A DNA stretch of 64,000 nucleotides from an uncultured bacterium (GTDB lineage: Bacteria; Patescibacteriota; Minisyncoccia; CAIUEV01). The position numbers were made by a program, and so were the translations under genes. This document shows positions 17,163 to 26,532 of the stretch, one piece after another (within the stretch, counting starts at the first letter, position 1; the number at the start of each line of letters is the position of its first letter). The DNA lies in contig CALFZX010000016.1 in the NCBI GenBank assembly GCA_937952315.1, forward strand, positions 78,969 through 142,968. Reading direction: 5' to 3'. Under the pieces are notes generated by a model, which was not told the DNA's origin, searched no databases, and worked only from the letters and a program-made list of their open reading frames with translations.

Positions 17163-18989
17163 CTACCAACTTCCCCCTCCGCCGCCTCCGAAACCGCCGC
17201 CGGAAAATCCGCCGCCTCCGAAACCGCTCCCGCCGCCGGCAGAGACTCCGCCCTCGTTTTTTGTTCCCATCGCCAGGTTTGTAACTTCGGAGAAGGCGCT
17301 GAGTGAATTAACAAAGTAAAGCGCATTAAAAGTGTTGAGATTACCTGATCCTTCATACCAAGAAGGATTTTGATTGTAGATTCCTTCAAATTGTTTGGCC
17401 CAGGCTCTTTCGACTCCTAAAATCATAGCGTAGGGGAGAAGTTTTTCAAATAATTCCGGTCTTTTGGTTGGAGCATTATGAAAATTAATGCGATCTTTCT
17501 CCGCCACTTCCAGATATTCTTTCAGCCCGAGAATTTTTTCTTTGGCGTTGACGCCTTTAAGGGTTTTCTTTGGCATAAAATAGCCAAAAATAATGACTAA
17601 AAGACCGGTTAAAATAATACTGCCGGCGCCAATTAGACCGAAAGCGTTGCCGGCAAAAATAAAGCCGACAATGGCGATAACCAAACCGATTAGAAAATAA
17701 GTGCTTCTAACTTTGTGAGGATTGCGCGGAAAGTAACCTTTGCTAACGAGACCGGTATACGCCAAGTCTCGAAAATTGTTTATTTTTTGAGGAAAAACAT
17801 TTTGAAGCTGTTCTAGAGTGACGGCCGATTGGGCACCAAGACCGAGAATAGTCGCATAAATTTCTCTTTCGACGCCGGCCGGAAGATCATTTTGTTTAAG
17901 AAAAAATATTTGATAATTCGGTCGATTTTTGAAAATACCAAAGAGGGGCTTTTTCTCGATCTCTCGAATTCTAAGATACCCCTTAACTGCCAAATTGATG
18001 ATTGAAGAAGAAAAATCTCTGGGATCGGCCTTTTCGTCGATGAGAGTACCGACTTCAACAGGACTGAGATTGTCCGGTGGCCCATAAAAAGGAATAATTG
18101 TTTCTTTGCCCCTGGGATCTCTGCCTTTAAGAAACCAAAGAATAAGCAAAAAAACGGCGGTTGTTAAGGGAAGAGCGAGAAATCCGTAATAAATTAGATT
18201 ATATTTCAGTATCAGCCAAAAACTTTGACTTAAATTCGGTTTTTCGATGAGACCGTGAGGCAGACCGGTGATAATACTCAGTCCGTTATTTTTGGGCAAT
18301 GACCATTTAGAATTAAAATGAACTTTATTTTTACCCGTAGCTTCAAAAAGACATTCTTCTTCCGTTGATCCGAGAACGCCGGTGAAGCAACCGAAGGCCC
18401 ATTGGGAAGTGTCAATTTCTGCGGGAAATATAACGGTGGCTTCCGCTTTTTCGATGGAAACGCCCCAACCATTGCCCGTAACATTCCAGAAGAATTCATC
18501 TCTTTTCTCGTTGCCCGCCGGTTGATAAGCGATTACATTTTGAACGGAATACTTTAATCGATAAATGCGTTTCCCTTCGACTGTTGATTCTTCTCGGCCG
18601 AGTCGAATATTTTTATTGTTTGATTCGGTTGTTAAATTATAAGGAACTTCGTTCCAGCTTTGACCATCTTGTGATTCTTCCGCGGAAATTAATTTAAAAT
18701 TAACTTTGTAGGCGGTTTTTTTATTTGGAGATTTTTCAACTTCGTATTTATACGGTAAGTATCTGATAATTCCGTGTTTCGGCTGAGGAAAAAAGTAGCT
18801 TATCTCTTCCGTAACTAGAACTTCACTGTTGGATTGGATAACAATCTCCGATTTGAAGTGCTCAATTTTTTCTTCATTTTCAGCCAAAGTAGATTGTAAG
18901 CAGAAAAAAAATCCAAATAAGCCGGTAACAAAGAAAATAACAAAATTTCGTGGTCTTATCTTCACTGTTAGAGATTTAAAAATAATCAA
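17163..18989 (-). CDS. DUF2207-type membrane protein with a C-terminal Gly-rich tail.
   Basis: A signal/TM segment, a large extracellular domain, TM helices at about 255-280 and 430-470, and the tail GGGSGFGGGGFSGGGFGGGGGGSW, which is typical of the DUF2207 family. Confidence 0.55.
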   Translation of the reverse strand: MIIFKSLTVKIRPRNFVIFFVTGLFGFFFCLQSTLAENEEKIEHFKSEIVIQSNSEVLVTEEISYFFPQPKHGIIRYLPYKYEVEKSPNKKTAYKVNFKLISAEESQDGQSWNEVPYNLTTESNNKNIRLGREESTVEGKRIYRLKYSVQNVIAYQPAGNEKRDEFFWNVTGNGWGVSIEKAEATVIFPAEIDTSQWAFGCFTGVLGSTEEECLFEATGKNKVHFNSKWSLPKNNGLSIITGLPHGLIEKPNLSQSFWLILKYNLIYYGFLALPLTTAVFLLILWFLKGRDPRGKETIIPFYGPPDNLSPVEVGTLIDEKADPRDFSSSIINLAVKGYLRIREIEKKPLFGIFKNRPNYQIFFLKQNDLPAGVEREIYATILGLGAQSAVTLEQLQNVFPQKINNFRDLAYTGLVSKGYFPRNPHKVRSTYFLIGLVIAIVGFIFAGNAFGLIGAGSIILTGLLVIIFGYFMPKKTLKGVNAKEKILGLKEYLEVAEKDRINFHNAPTKRPELFEKLLPYAMILGVERAWAKQFEGIYNQNPSWYEGSGNLNTFNALYFVNSLSAFSEVTNLAMGTKNEGGVSAGGGSGFGGGGFSGGGFGGGGGGSW

Positions 18990-19011
18990 GCAAAAAATAT
19001 CTTATTCAATT

Positions 19012-21093
19012 CTACAATTCTATTTCTTTTTCGTCACTCCAAGTTTTTTCGTTAATTATTTTTATTTTTTCCTCTCCGATTACGAACATATAGTCATCGA
19101 TGTAGACGGCTCTTTTGACTTGAAATCCGCCGACGGCCCGTTCGAGCTTTATTCCTCCTTCATAGGAAAAAATATAGCCACCCTCACCGCCGGGAATAAA
19201 GAAAACTTTTTGTTTCTCGTCCAGCAAAAAAGCGTGATGGTTGCTACCCGCTTCGCTCCAACTTTCTTCCATACGATAAGTGGAAACTTCTTTAGGATTG
19301 CTTGGGTCACTGACATCAAAGGAGGAAATTTTAACTTGACCGTTTTCCTCGCCGATACCTAAAATTTGACCGTTGGGTAGGGGATGCAAATAGGAGGAAT
19401 AACCCGGGATTTTTAGTTCTCCTTTAAGCTTGGGATTGTTTGGAGAAGACAAATCCAAGACGAAAAAGGGGTCGATCTGCTTGAAAGTAACAACGAATCC
19501 TCGATCCTGCAAAAATCTTACGGCATAAATTCTTTCTCCCTTTCCCATGTCTTCAACGGCGCCGACTTGATTTAAGTTTTCATTCAAAATATAAACATCG
19601 CTAGCTTGTTCGTTTCGGCTATTAACATAAAACCCGCCGGGAAAATAGTCTAAAGGCTCAAAAGTGACTGCGATGCGAAGATTTCCCTTGTATTCATCTA
19701 AGGAAAATTGATTTAGCGGGCGGCCCGGCACTTCGCCGTTGGCTTTAAATTCAAGATTATCGTTGCCGATTTTAACGATTCCCGTCATTTGATGCCTTTT
19801 TCCTTCTTTCTTCGCAAATTCCGCTAGTTGATTGTTGACTTCGTTGCGAAGCTTGGTTAGTTCATCTTTGCCGAGAGAACGAAGTTCTGTCTCGATCAAT
19901 GACTCCAGCTCCGTATTTTTGGCCCTGGAACTGATATCGTAATCCTCAAGTTTTTTTATCTTCTGAGCTAAATTCGTTTTGAAAATATTGGGGTTGTCTC
20001 TGAGAAAAGCGGTAAAAAGCTTAATTTCATCCGTCGGTTTTTGATAGGTCAAATAAATTGCATTTTCAGACATATAAACTTCCGATCCGTAGTTGGAACC
20101 AACAAAAGCGGTTTTATCAGTCACTTTGCCGGTTTCGATATCCAGAGCGATGAAAGAATAGGTCGTATCGGCGGGAATCGGCTCAGTCGGGTGGTAAATC
20201 TCGGTGCAACTTAGTTCTATCGATTCCTCGTTTCGAACCATCGGACGAATCGGGCAGGGACTTTCAATGTCATTATAGCGGTTAGTAACGAGAAAAATTT
20301 TTCCGTTCATCATCCTTGAGGCGACAATTTGATTCTGCTCCTCAAAACTCCAACTCCATTTTTCCTTGGGTTGCTCAGGGTTCGAAACATCGTAAGCGTA
20401 TATTTTTTGTTTATTCTCGGCGAGAATAACTAAAGTTTTATCCTTTAGAAAAAGATTACCATTGTTTTCCAGGCGGCCGATTTTTTTAGCCTCAGCAATA
20501 GGAAAGGCTTTGATAATTTGAGTTTCGTCAATTGACCGAGGTCGATCAGGGTAAGGGGGAACAATACCAATTTTCTCGCTCATTCGTTCATCCATAATTA
20601 TTGGATCGGAACGATAAAAATCAAAACTTCTCTCTTTGGAGTAATAAATATTTTGGCCGTCCGTCTTGACGATATCCGGTTCGTCAATACTTAAGACTTG
20701 TCTATTAGTTTCGGAAAATCGATTCGGTTCCGCGACTTCCGTCGAAAGGTTCATCATCTTGTTAGAGGCTTGGCTGCTGCCAGCCTCCGAGTTCCCCGCG
20801 AAGCTTTTATCGGCCGGCATACTCATTGTTTCCATTTGAGCAAGTCCCGAAGAGTATTGTCGTTGAGATTGATTTTCCTCTAAATACGCTTTGAAATCAG
20901 CTTCGGAAGCAAAAGGTTCGATAGCAGAAGATGTTGAAACGGAATCTTTTATCTCGTCTAATTTTTTCCTAAAAATTGTTTTTTCCTCGCCGGAATAATC
21001 TATTCTGCTCCAAAAGACGAAGATTGTCCCCACTAACAGCAATGTCAGACCAATAATAATCGCTATGCCGGCGCGACTGTTTATTTTTTGCAT
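19012..21093 (-). CDS. Secreted or membrane-anchored beta-propeller domain protein (PF09826-like).
   Basis: 693 aa with an N-terminal TM helix (IAIIIGLTLLLVGTIFVFWS). Repeated beta-strand-rich segments, with length and composition like the beta-propeller-domain family. Confidence 0.4.
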   Translation of the reverse strand: MQKINSRAGIAIIIGLTLLLVGTIFVFWSRIDYSGEEKTIFRKKLDEIKDSVSTSSAIEPFASEADFKAYLEENQSQRQYSSGLAQMETMSMPADKSFAGNSEAGSSQASNKMMNLSTEVAEPNRFSETNRQVLSIDEPDIVKTDGQNIYYSKERSFDFYRSDPIIMDERMSEKIGIVPPYPDRPRSIDETQIIKAFPIAEAKKIGRLENNGNLFLKDKTLVILAENKQKIYAYDVSNPEQPKEKWSWSFEEQNQIVASRMMNGKIFLVTNRYNDIESPCPIRPMVRNEESIELSCTEIYHPTEPIPADTTYSFIALDIETGKVTDKTAFVGSNYGSEVYMSENAIYLTYQKPTDEIKLFTAFLRDNPNIFKTNLAQKIKKLEDYDISSRAKNTELESLIETELRSLGKDELTKLRNEVNNQLAEFAKKEGKRHQMTGIVKIGNDNLEFKANGEVPGRPLNQFSLDEYKGNLRIAVTFEPLDYFPGGFYVNSRNEQASDVYILNENLNQVGAVEDMGKGERIYAVRFLQDRGFVVTFKQIDPFFVLDLSSPNNPKLKGELKIPGYSSYLHPLPNGQILGIGEENGQVKISSFDVSDPSNPKEVSTYRMEESWSEAGSNHHAFLLDEKQKVFFIPGGEGGYIFSYEGGIKLERAVGGFQVKRAVYIDDYMFVIGEEKIKIINEKTWSDEKEIEL

Positions 21094-21112
21094 TTTTAAA
21101 ATTAAATATTAA

Positions 21113-22021
21113 TTAACCTTTTTTCTTAATCAGAACAAAAAGGAAAAATCCAACCATAAGCATTGCTAAAAACATCAAAAAGAAAATTACTCGAATATCC
21201 TCAAAAACAGGTGAAAATTTAACATTCATACCGAAGATGGAAGCCAGAATTCCTACCGGTAAAAAACTGACGGAGAAAGCGGTGAGAATATTGACTATCT
21301 TATTCAGCTTATGGGAAAGCAAGGTGTTGTTGGTGCGATGAAGAGTGTTGGCCGTTTCCCAGTAATTCTCCAGGGTATTCCAAATTTGAACATTGGTGGA
21401 GAGAATGTCTTCCGCATAAACGGAGAGAAAATTATCCTTCTTGACTTCTTCCTTGGAAAAAATAGATTTAAAAACAGGCAATTGTGGTTTTAGAATCCGT
21501 CTGGCGTCCAGAATATCTCTCTGTAAAAAAGTTATTTCTTTGAGAGTTTTACTTTCCTTGTTGTCAAAAAGATCGTTCTCGATGGCGTCGGTTTTGGTGG
21601 CCAGTTGATCGAGAAAAGGAAAATAACTGTTTAGAATTTGACTGATCAAAATGAGTAGAAGATAGTAAGGTCCTCTCTGAAAATATTTTTTTGAAAATTC
21701 GATATTTCTTTGACACTGATTAAAGAATGCTTCAATCGGAGAGTCTCCTTTCGAACAGACGGTGACGACAAATTTTTCATTGACTAGAATATCAATCTCT
21801 CCAACTTCTTTAAAGCTACCGTTTTTAAAAAAAATCGGAAAATGTAAAACCAAGAATAAATAGCCGTCGTGTTCGTTAAACTGGGGTCGATAGAGGGGGG
21901 AAGTCAGTTTACCGATAATCAAGGGATGCAAATTAAACTCTTTCTGAACAAACGAGATGTCTTCCGCCTTGATATCCTCAACGAAGATCCAGGAGAATTT
22001 TTGATGGGAAATCGATTGCAT
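21113..22021 (-). CDS. corA: CorA-family Mg2+/Co2+ transporter.
   Basis: Two C-terminal TM helices carrying the GMN motif (IFGMNVKF). 302 aa. Confidence 0.7.
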   Translation of the reverse strand: MQSISHQKFSWIFVEDIKAEDISFVQKEFNLHPLIIGKLTSPLYRPQFNEHDGYLFLVLHFPIFFKNGSFKEVGEIDILVNEKFVVTVCSKGDSPIEAFFNQCQRNIEFSKKYFQRGPYYLLLILISQILNSYFPFLDQLATKTDAIENDLFDNKESKTLKEITFLQRDILDARRILKPQLPVFKSIFSKEEVKKDNFLSVYAEDILSTNVQIWNTLENYWETANTLHRTNNTLLSHKLNKIVNILTAFSVSFLPVGILASIFGMNVKFSPVFEDIRVIFFLMFLAMLMVGFFLFVLIKKKG

Positions 22022-22041
22022 TTTTTTTTATATTTTTTATT

Positions 22042-23361
22042 TTATTTTTTGACGATTCGACCGGTTAAACTGAGCGGTCCGACACTCTCAATTCGCGCCC
22101 ACGCCCAGTCGCCTTTGCTTATTTTATTATCGATTTTTTTTTCGATTGCGCAAATTGTTTTTTCCTCGAAGCTTTTACCCAAGATAATAAGCCCATCTCC
22201 TTTTTCTTTAATGCTATTGACAATAAATTTTATTTTTTTACCTAAAAATTTTTGATTATTTTGAACGGATATTTTTTTCCAAAGTTGATCCAGCTCTTGC
22301 TGGCGTCGTTTTTTTTCTAAAGCGTCAACGGTTTCTTTGAGTCTTCCGGCGGCCGTTTCCGGTCTTTTGGAGTATTTAAGGCTATAGAGCATTTCAAAAC
22401 GAACTTTTTCAATTATTTTTTTCGATTGCTCAAAATCTTTTAGAGTTTCTCCCGGAAAGCCGACGATAATATCCGAAGAGATAACAATTTCAGGGTGGAT
22501 CTTTTTCGCCATAGCGATAATTTTTAGATATCGTTCAACGGTGTATTTTCGATTCATCAAACTTAATATTTTGTCACTGCCCGCCTGGATTGGTAAGTGG
22601 AGATTGGAAGAAACTTTTTGGCAATCTCGCATCGCCGATATCAACTTGGAAGTGACATCTTTCGGATGAGAAGAAATAAATTTGATCCAGAAATCGCCTT
22701 TCAAATCGTTAATCCTTCTGATTAGATCGGGAAAATCCCATTTTTGGCCGTTGCGATCCAAACCTTTATAGCTATTGACATTTTGACCAAGTAAAAAAAT
22801 TTCTTTTCCTCCGTTTTCTATCGCCTCCTTTGTTTCTCCAATAATATTTTCCGGCGAACGAGAAATTTCTCGACCACGAGCAAAGGGCACAACGCAATAG
22901 GCGCAAAAATTATTACACCCCGTCATTATGGGAATAAAAGCGCGAAAAGGTTCTTCTCTCAGTGGCTTGAGGGAATAAAAATTTTCAAACGCCTTGCCTT
23001 TTTTTTGAATTATTTTTTCTATCTCGTGCTGAAAATCACCCAAGCGACCGGCGGGAATAAAAATATCGACAATATCGTTAAGCGTTTTTCGAACATCGGG
23101 TCGGTGAGCGAGACATCCGGTCAGAATCAGATGGGTCTCCGGCTGATCTTGCTTGATTTTTTTGATAAGACTGATAGCTTTTTGCTCCGCCGTCTGTCGG
23201 ACGCCGCAACTGACAAAGACAATCAAATCACTTTGGTTCTTGTTAGATAAAATTCCTCCTCTCTCCACCAAAAAAGCGGAAAACCTTTCGGCGTCCGCTT
23301 GATTCATTTGACAACCGAAAGTTTTGATAATAAACGAAAATACTTCGGTTTTTAAGGGCAT
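22042..23361 (-). CDS. miaB: tRNA-i6A37 methylthiotransferase MiaB (radical SAM MTTase).
   Basis: MTTase N-terminal domain IKTFGCQMNQAD, the radical-SAM site CNNFCAYCVVPFARGRE, and a C-terminal TRAM domain. 439 aa. Confidence 0.8.
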   Translation of the reverse strand: MPLKTEVFSFIIKTFGCQMNQADAERFSAFLVERGGILSNKNQSDLIVFVSCGVRQTAEQKAISLIKKIKQDQPETHLILTGCLAHRPDVRKTLNDIVDIFIPAGRLGDFQHEIEKIIQKKGKAFENFYSLKPLREEPFRAFIPIMTGCNNFCAYCVVPFARGREISRSPENIIGETKEAIENGGKEIFLLGQNVNSYKGLDRNGQKWDFPDLIRRINDLKGDFWIKFISSHPKDVTSKLISAMRDCQKVSSNLHLPIQAGSDKILSLMNRKYTVERYLKIIAMAKKIHPEIVISSDIIVGFPGETLKDFEQSKKIIEKVRFEMLYSLKYSKRPETAAGRLKETVDALEKKRRQQELDQLWKKISVQNNQKFLGKKIKFIVNSIKEKGDGLIILGKSFEEKTICAIEKKIDNKISKGDWAWARIESVGPLSLTGRIVKK

Positions 23362-23371
23362 TGTATTTTAA

Positions 23372-23869
23372 CTATTTTTCAATCTTCTTATTTTTTGGTT
23401 TCTTTTCTTTCTTCTCTGTCTCCACGAATGATCCGCCGACTTTTTCAACGCCCTGCCGAGCCTTTTTCGAAAGCATCAGCCCTTTGAAGGAGAGCTTTTT
23501 GTCTAATTTTCCATTAGCCAAAATTTTTATTTGCGCCTTTCTTTTGGTTCGACTTCTCTTGTTTAGCTTAACAATACCTTTTTCTCGTAAGCTCTTGGGA
23601 GAGACTTCCTCTCCGTCTTGGAAATGTTTTTCAAGAACTTGAAAATTTAAAATAATATTCTTTAGTTTAGGAGAGGAGAAGCCGGATATCTTAGGAGCGC
23701 GAGCAACCATAGTGGTGTCTCGACCTTCAAAGCCGGGAGCGATATTGCCACCAGATCGAGCTTTTTGACCTTTATTGCCTTTGCCTGAGTAAGTGCCTCT
23801 CTTTCCTCCTCGACCGATCGCTCGTTTCTCCTTTTGCCACTTCGGCTTTTTAATCTCATGAATTTGCAT
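23372..23869 (-). CDS. rplO: 50S ribosomal protein L15.
   Basis: GRGGKRGTYSGKGNKGQKARSGGNIAPGFEGRDT matches the L15 Gly/Arg-rich core. It has a Lys-rich C-terminal extension. Confidence 0.8.
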   Translation of the reverse strand: MQIHEIKKPKWQKEKRAIGRGGKRGTYSGKGNKGQKARSGGNIAPGFEGRDTTMVARAPKISGFSSPKLKNIILNFQVLEKHFQDGEEVSPKSLREKGIVKLNKRSRTKRKAQIKILANGKLDKKLSFKGLMLSKKARQGVEKVGGSFVETEKKEKKPKNKKIEK

Positions 23870-23908
23870 AATGTAAAATTTATAAACTTAAGCTTTTAAC
23901 GATAAAAA

Positions 23909-24508
23909 CTATCTTTCTTGTTTTTTCGACTTGGATTTATTTTCTTCCTTAATCGGTTCGGCCGGTTTTTCAACTTGAGTTTCTCCCTCTATTTTTTTAC
24001 TTTCCGTTTCTGTCTTTTTTCCCTCAATCGTCTGAGATTTTTCAGTATTTTTCAGATTCTTTAAAGCGCCCAACATTGCTTTAGCAGTGTTGATTTTGTT
24101 GTTCGAACCGAGGCTTTTAGCGGTTAAATCCTTGATTCCGCCTAAATCGGCCAAAATTCGAAGCGCTCCGCCGGCGACAATTCCCTTTCCTTCCTTCGCC
24201 GGTTTCAATATGATTCGAGCACTTTCATATTTAAAATCGATTTCGTGGGGAATCGTGCTCCCCCTTCTGACAAAAGATACCAAATGTTTTTTGGCGTCGT
24301 GGATAGCTTTACCGATAGCCAAAGAAACATCCGATCCTTTTGCCACGCCAACGCCAACCTTACCTTTGCGATCGCCAATTGCAACTGTTGCTCGAAAACT
24401 GAATCGTCTTCCGCCCTGGACCACCCTGGCGACGCGAGCGACATGCAACAAGCTGTGATCAAAATCTTTCTCTCTCTTGTCTCTTCTTCTGTGACTATTT
24501 TCCTTCAT
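23909..24508 (-). CDS. rpsE: 30S ribosomal protein S5.
   Basis: VARVARVVQGGRRFSFRATVAIGDRKGKVGVGVAKGSDV...GKGIVAGGALRILADLGGIKD. A Lys/Glu-rich C-terminal extension. Confidence 0.85.
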   Translation of the reverse strand: MKENSHRRRDKREKDFDHSLLHVARVARVVQGGRRFSFRATVAIGDRKGKVGVGVAKGSDVSLAIGKAIHDAKKHLVSFVRRGSTIPHEIDFKYESARIILKPAKEGKGIVAGGALRILADLGGIKDLTAKSLGSNNKINTAKAMLGALKNLKNTEKSQTIEGKKTETESKKIEGETQVEKPAEPIKEENKSKSKKQER

Positions 24509-24539
24509 TTGGATTCAAAAATAATAAATAAAAATAAAA

Positions 24540-24908
24540 CTAAAAAATCAATCCGCCCTCTCTGGCTGAATCGGCCAAGGCTTTGACTTTACCGTGATAT
24601 TTATAACCACCACGATCAAAGACTACTTTGGACACGCCTTTCTCTACGGCCATTGTTGCCAATTTTTTGCCGACTATTTTTGCCCAGTCAACTTTTGTTT
24701 GAGGAGTTTTTGCCTCTTTTTTCAGTTTGAGACTGTTCACGGCAAACAAAACCTTGTTATTCTCATCATCTATCAATTGGGCGTAGACAAATTTGAGACT
24801 AAAAAAAACATTCAGTCTCGGCATCTCGGCCGTTCCTTTAACTTTTCCTCGAACCCGAGAATGGCGTGACTGACGAGCGATATTTCTGGAATTCTTTTGA
24901 CTTGGCAT
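24540..24908 (-). CDS. rplR: 50S ribosomal protein L18.
   Basis: ARQSRHSRVRGKVKGTAEMPRLNVF...VFDRGGYKYHGKVKALADSAREGGLIF. The start was moved to the internal Met (MPSQKN) at 24908; the ORF track begins at 24929. Confidence 0.8.
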   Translation of the reverse strand: MPSQKNSRNIARQSRHSRVRGKVKGTAEMPRLNVFFSLKFVYAQLIDDENNKVLFAVNSLKLKKEAKTPQTKVDWAKIVGKKLATMAVEKGVSKVVFDRGGYKYHGKVKALADSAREGGLIF

Positions 24909-25005
24909 AATGATTATAAATAAAAACAAACTAAAAATAGCTTTAACAGAAAGCTCTTAAAACTTGGTTGTTATTATTAACAATAAATTCGGATTGAGCA
25001 AATTT

Positions 25006-25836
25006 TTACCAGACAATCTCTTCTTCATTCTTCACCTCTCGTTGTTTTGTGCTATCCGTTTCTTGGTTTTTAATAAAATTTTGAGAGTCAAAAAGGTTGC
25101 TGGTAACATAAAAAGAAGGAACCCCGCCTTTTTCGAAGGAATGAGTCCAGAAAATTCGAAAATCCCTTGTTTGGCCGGCTAAAATTGAATTGACGGTAGT
25201 TTGATTAATGGCAATAATGGCCTGATTTACATCTTTGACGATTGAAAAAATCTCAACCGTTTTTAGGTCGAAGGGGCTTCGGTTAATGATGCGACCTCTA
25301 ACCTCGGCGAATTCGTAAGGGCTATCAAGATAATTCAGCTTAAAGTCAGAAATTTGAAGATCCGGCTTGGTGAAACTTCTGAAAAAACTCCATTCTTTGG
25401 CGTCGCCAATTTTAAGTTCCGGCACAAAATCATCTTGACAAACTAAATTGTATTCGGCAAGGTATCTTTCTTCCCCAGGATAAATATAAAATTCATCTTT
25501 TTTTATTGTTTTGTCTCCCCAACTGAAACTGTATGGAATTTTTTGTCCGGCCAAGCTATTGTTGGGATTGTTTATAACAGCGACTAAGTCACATTTATTG
25601 TTGCCTCCCCTGATAATTTCGAAACTTTTGGTTACAATTTTGTCCGCTTTTGGCGTTTCGGTTTTGCAAGCCTTTTCACAGGCAGTTCCGCAATCAACGC
25701 CTTCTTCTTCTCCATTTTTGATACCGTCGAAACAAGTCGGATCGGTTTTTAGAAGACGGTTGATGAGAAAAACCGAGCTTCCGATCAGCAGAAGGACTGT
25801 GAGCACTATAATTATTTGTTTTACGCTCCTTTTCAT
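25006..25836 (-). CDS. Hypothetical secreted or membrane-anchored protein.
   Basis: An N-terminal TM/signal segment (IIIVLTVLLLIGSSVFLI) followed by a Cys-containing extracellular domain. No recognised motif. Confidence 0.4.
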   Translation of the reverse strand: MKRSVKQIIIVLTVLLLIGSSVFLINRLLKTDPTCFDGIKNGEEEGVDCGTACEKACKTETPKADKIVTKSFEIIRGGNNKCDLVAVINNPNNSLAGQKIPYSFSWGDKTIKKDEFYIYPGEERYLAEYNLVCQDDFVPELKIGDAKEWSFFRSFTKPDLQISDFKLNYLDSPYEFAEVRGRIINRSPFDLKTVEIFSIVKDVNQAIIAINQTTVNSILAGQTRDFRIFWTHSFEKGGVPSFYVTSNLFDSQNFIKNQETDSTKQREVKNEEEIVW

Positions 25837-25974
25837 TTTTTTATTTTATTTATTTCTAATTCTTTTTATAATGATCCAAAAAGCGGTAATTGGAAGCCAC
25901 AAAAAAGTTGTCTTTTTCAAGACGAATTCTGACCAAACTTCGATTTTTGCTTTGTCCCTGGCCATTTCAATAAA

Positions 25975-26532
25975 TTAAAATTTCAAATAGCGAGCCACCC
26001 GATCGCTGAAACTTTCCTCTTGCTCTTCTTCTCGCAAAAAACTAACTAGCATTTTCCGAATTTTTATAGGATCTTCATCGCCAAAAGGAATATGTATGTG
26101 CGGAAGATAGGCTTTTTTGTGTTTTAGGCTGATAACTTTGAACTCTGGCGGTTCGAAAAAAATCCAAAAAGAATTCAAATCCTTGTAAGGGTAAGTAAAT
26201 TTATCGACAGAAATTCCTCGATTGCCAATGCTGCAAGTAATTTTTCGCGGTTTTTTGATGGAGAACATATAAACGGTTATACCGAGCAGAATAAAGGTTA
26301 TTGAGGTAATAATTTGTTTTGAAATAACAAAGTATCCGACCAAAACAAAAAATAAAAGACCGCCCACCACAAACCAAAGTTTAGATTTATGATAATAATT
26401 GAATTCGTCCGTCTCCCAGCTCATCAGAACATTTTGTTCGCCGATCGGCGAAAAGACGGCTTGGTTTTCGGCCAAATCGTTTTTTACTTCCCCCTTCGAA
26501 TCGCCAGTTTTTTTTCTCAAATCTAAAATCAT
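25975..26532 (-). CDS. Hypothetical membrane protein, translationally coupled to the hydrogenase gene.
   Basis: 185 aa with two central TM helices. Its start at 26532 abuts the hydA stop at 26533. Confidence 0.4.
   Translation of the reverse strand: MILDLRKKTGDSKGEVKNDLAENQAVFSPIGEQNVLMSWETDEFNYYHKSKLWFVVGGLLFFVLVGYFVISKQIITSITFILLGITVYMFSIKKPRKITCSIGNRGISVDKFTYPYKDLNSFWIFFEPPEFKVISLKHKKAYLPHIHIPFGDEDPIKIRKMLVSFLREEEQEESFSDRVARYLKF

Noticed and set aside
17126-17389. 87-aa ORF overlapping the 3' end of the DUF2207 gene.
   Set aside because: It is an alternative frame of the Gly-codon repeat tract. It is implausible.
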